From the sequence record NC_031928.1: 64,000 nt of DNA. One strand, 5' to 3'. The translations under genes were made by a program, and so were the position numbers. Of this stretch, positions 63,692 to 64,000 are shown one piece after another; the first letter of the stretch is position 1; each line of letters opens with the position of its first letter. The notes beneath the pieces are model-generated. The model saw only the letters and a program-made list of their open reading frames with translations. It did no database searches and was not told where the DNA came from. Source of the DNA: Escherichia phage WG01.

Positions 63692-64000
63692 TTATAGTCC
63701 AGTTTGAGACCAATCACCAAATACATCTTCAAATGTATCAGCTTCTGTTTTATCGAAACGCCAACCTTTAATGATTGGAAGGAAAATACCTACAGTATCG
63801 GTACGTCCTTTAGAATGAACCCAACCATTACATTCACAGTCAGCAATACGTCCAATCAACTTACCTTCACGAGCTTGTTTCATAAGAAGTTCACGGTCTA
63901 AATCAGGACGGTCTTCCAATGGAATCAATACTTTTTTACCTGATTTATCTTTCTTATGGGTGGTATCTTTAAAGCCTGAACCACAGTCGCTTGTAATTCG
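63692..64000 (-). CDS. partial CDS; C-terminal part of a gene that starts beyond the window end
   Basis: Track ORF 63692..63928 begins at TTG and stays open in frame to position 64000; product unknown. Confidence 0.4.
   Translation of the reverse strand, partial: RITSDCGSGFKDTTHKKDKSGKKVLIPLEDRPDLDRELLMKQAREGKLIGRIADCECNGWVHSKGRTDTVGIFLPIIKGWRFDKTEADTFEDVFGDWSQTGL

Overview
This 64 kb window is a contiguous piece of a T4-like (Tevenvirinae-type) myovirus genome, read from translated ORFs and synteny only; no database search was run. The core is T4-syntenic: 57B-57A-1-3-2-4 on the minus strand, then the late module 53-5-6-7-8-9-10-11-12-wac-13-14-15-16-17-18-19-20-67-68-21-22-23-24 on the plus strand, followed by rnlB, hoc, inh, uvsW, uvsW.1, uvsY, 25, 26, 51, 27, 28, 29, 48, 54 and an alt locus. 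Late promoters (TATAAATA) and hairpin terminators sit at the expected junctions. Accessory content departs from T4 in several places: a 688-aa ORF inserted between genes 5 and 6; a tandem second gene-24 paralog; three tandem full-length Alt-like ADP-ribosyltransferases; five small ORFs carrying the internal-protein capsid-targeting leader; a family of small acidic proteins ending in W-x-S-S-x-x-Cys; and repeated early-promoter and hairpin cassettes flanking orphan ORFs. The left 8 kb also holds two tRNAs and a possible tRNA-like stable RNA. No CRISPR array, transposase, integrase or homing endonuclease was seen. CDS coordinates follow the supplied ORF track, with starts adjusted where an internal ATG with a ribosome-binding site is clearly better; hand-located motifs are accurate to about 2 nt.
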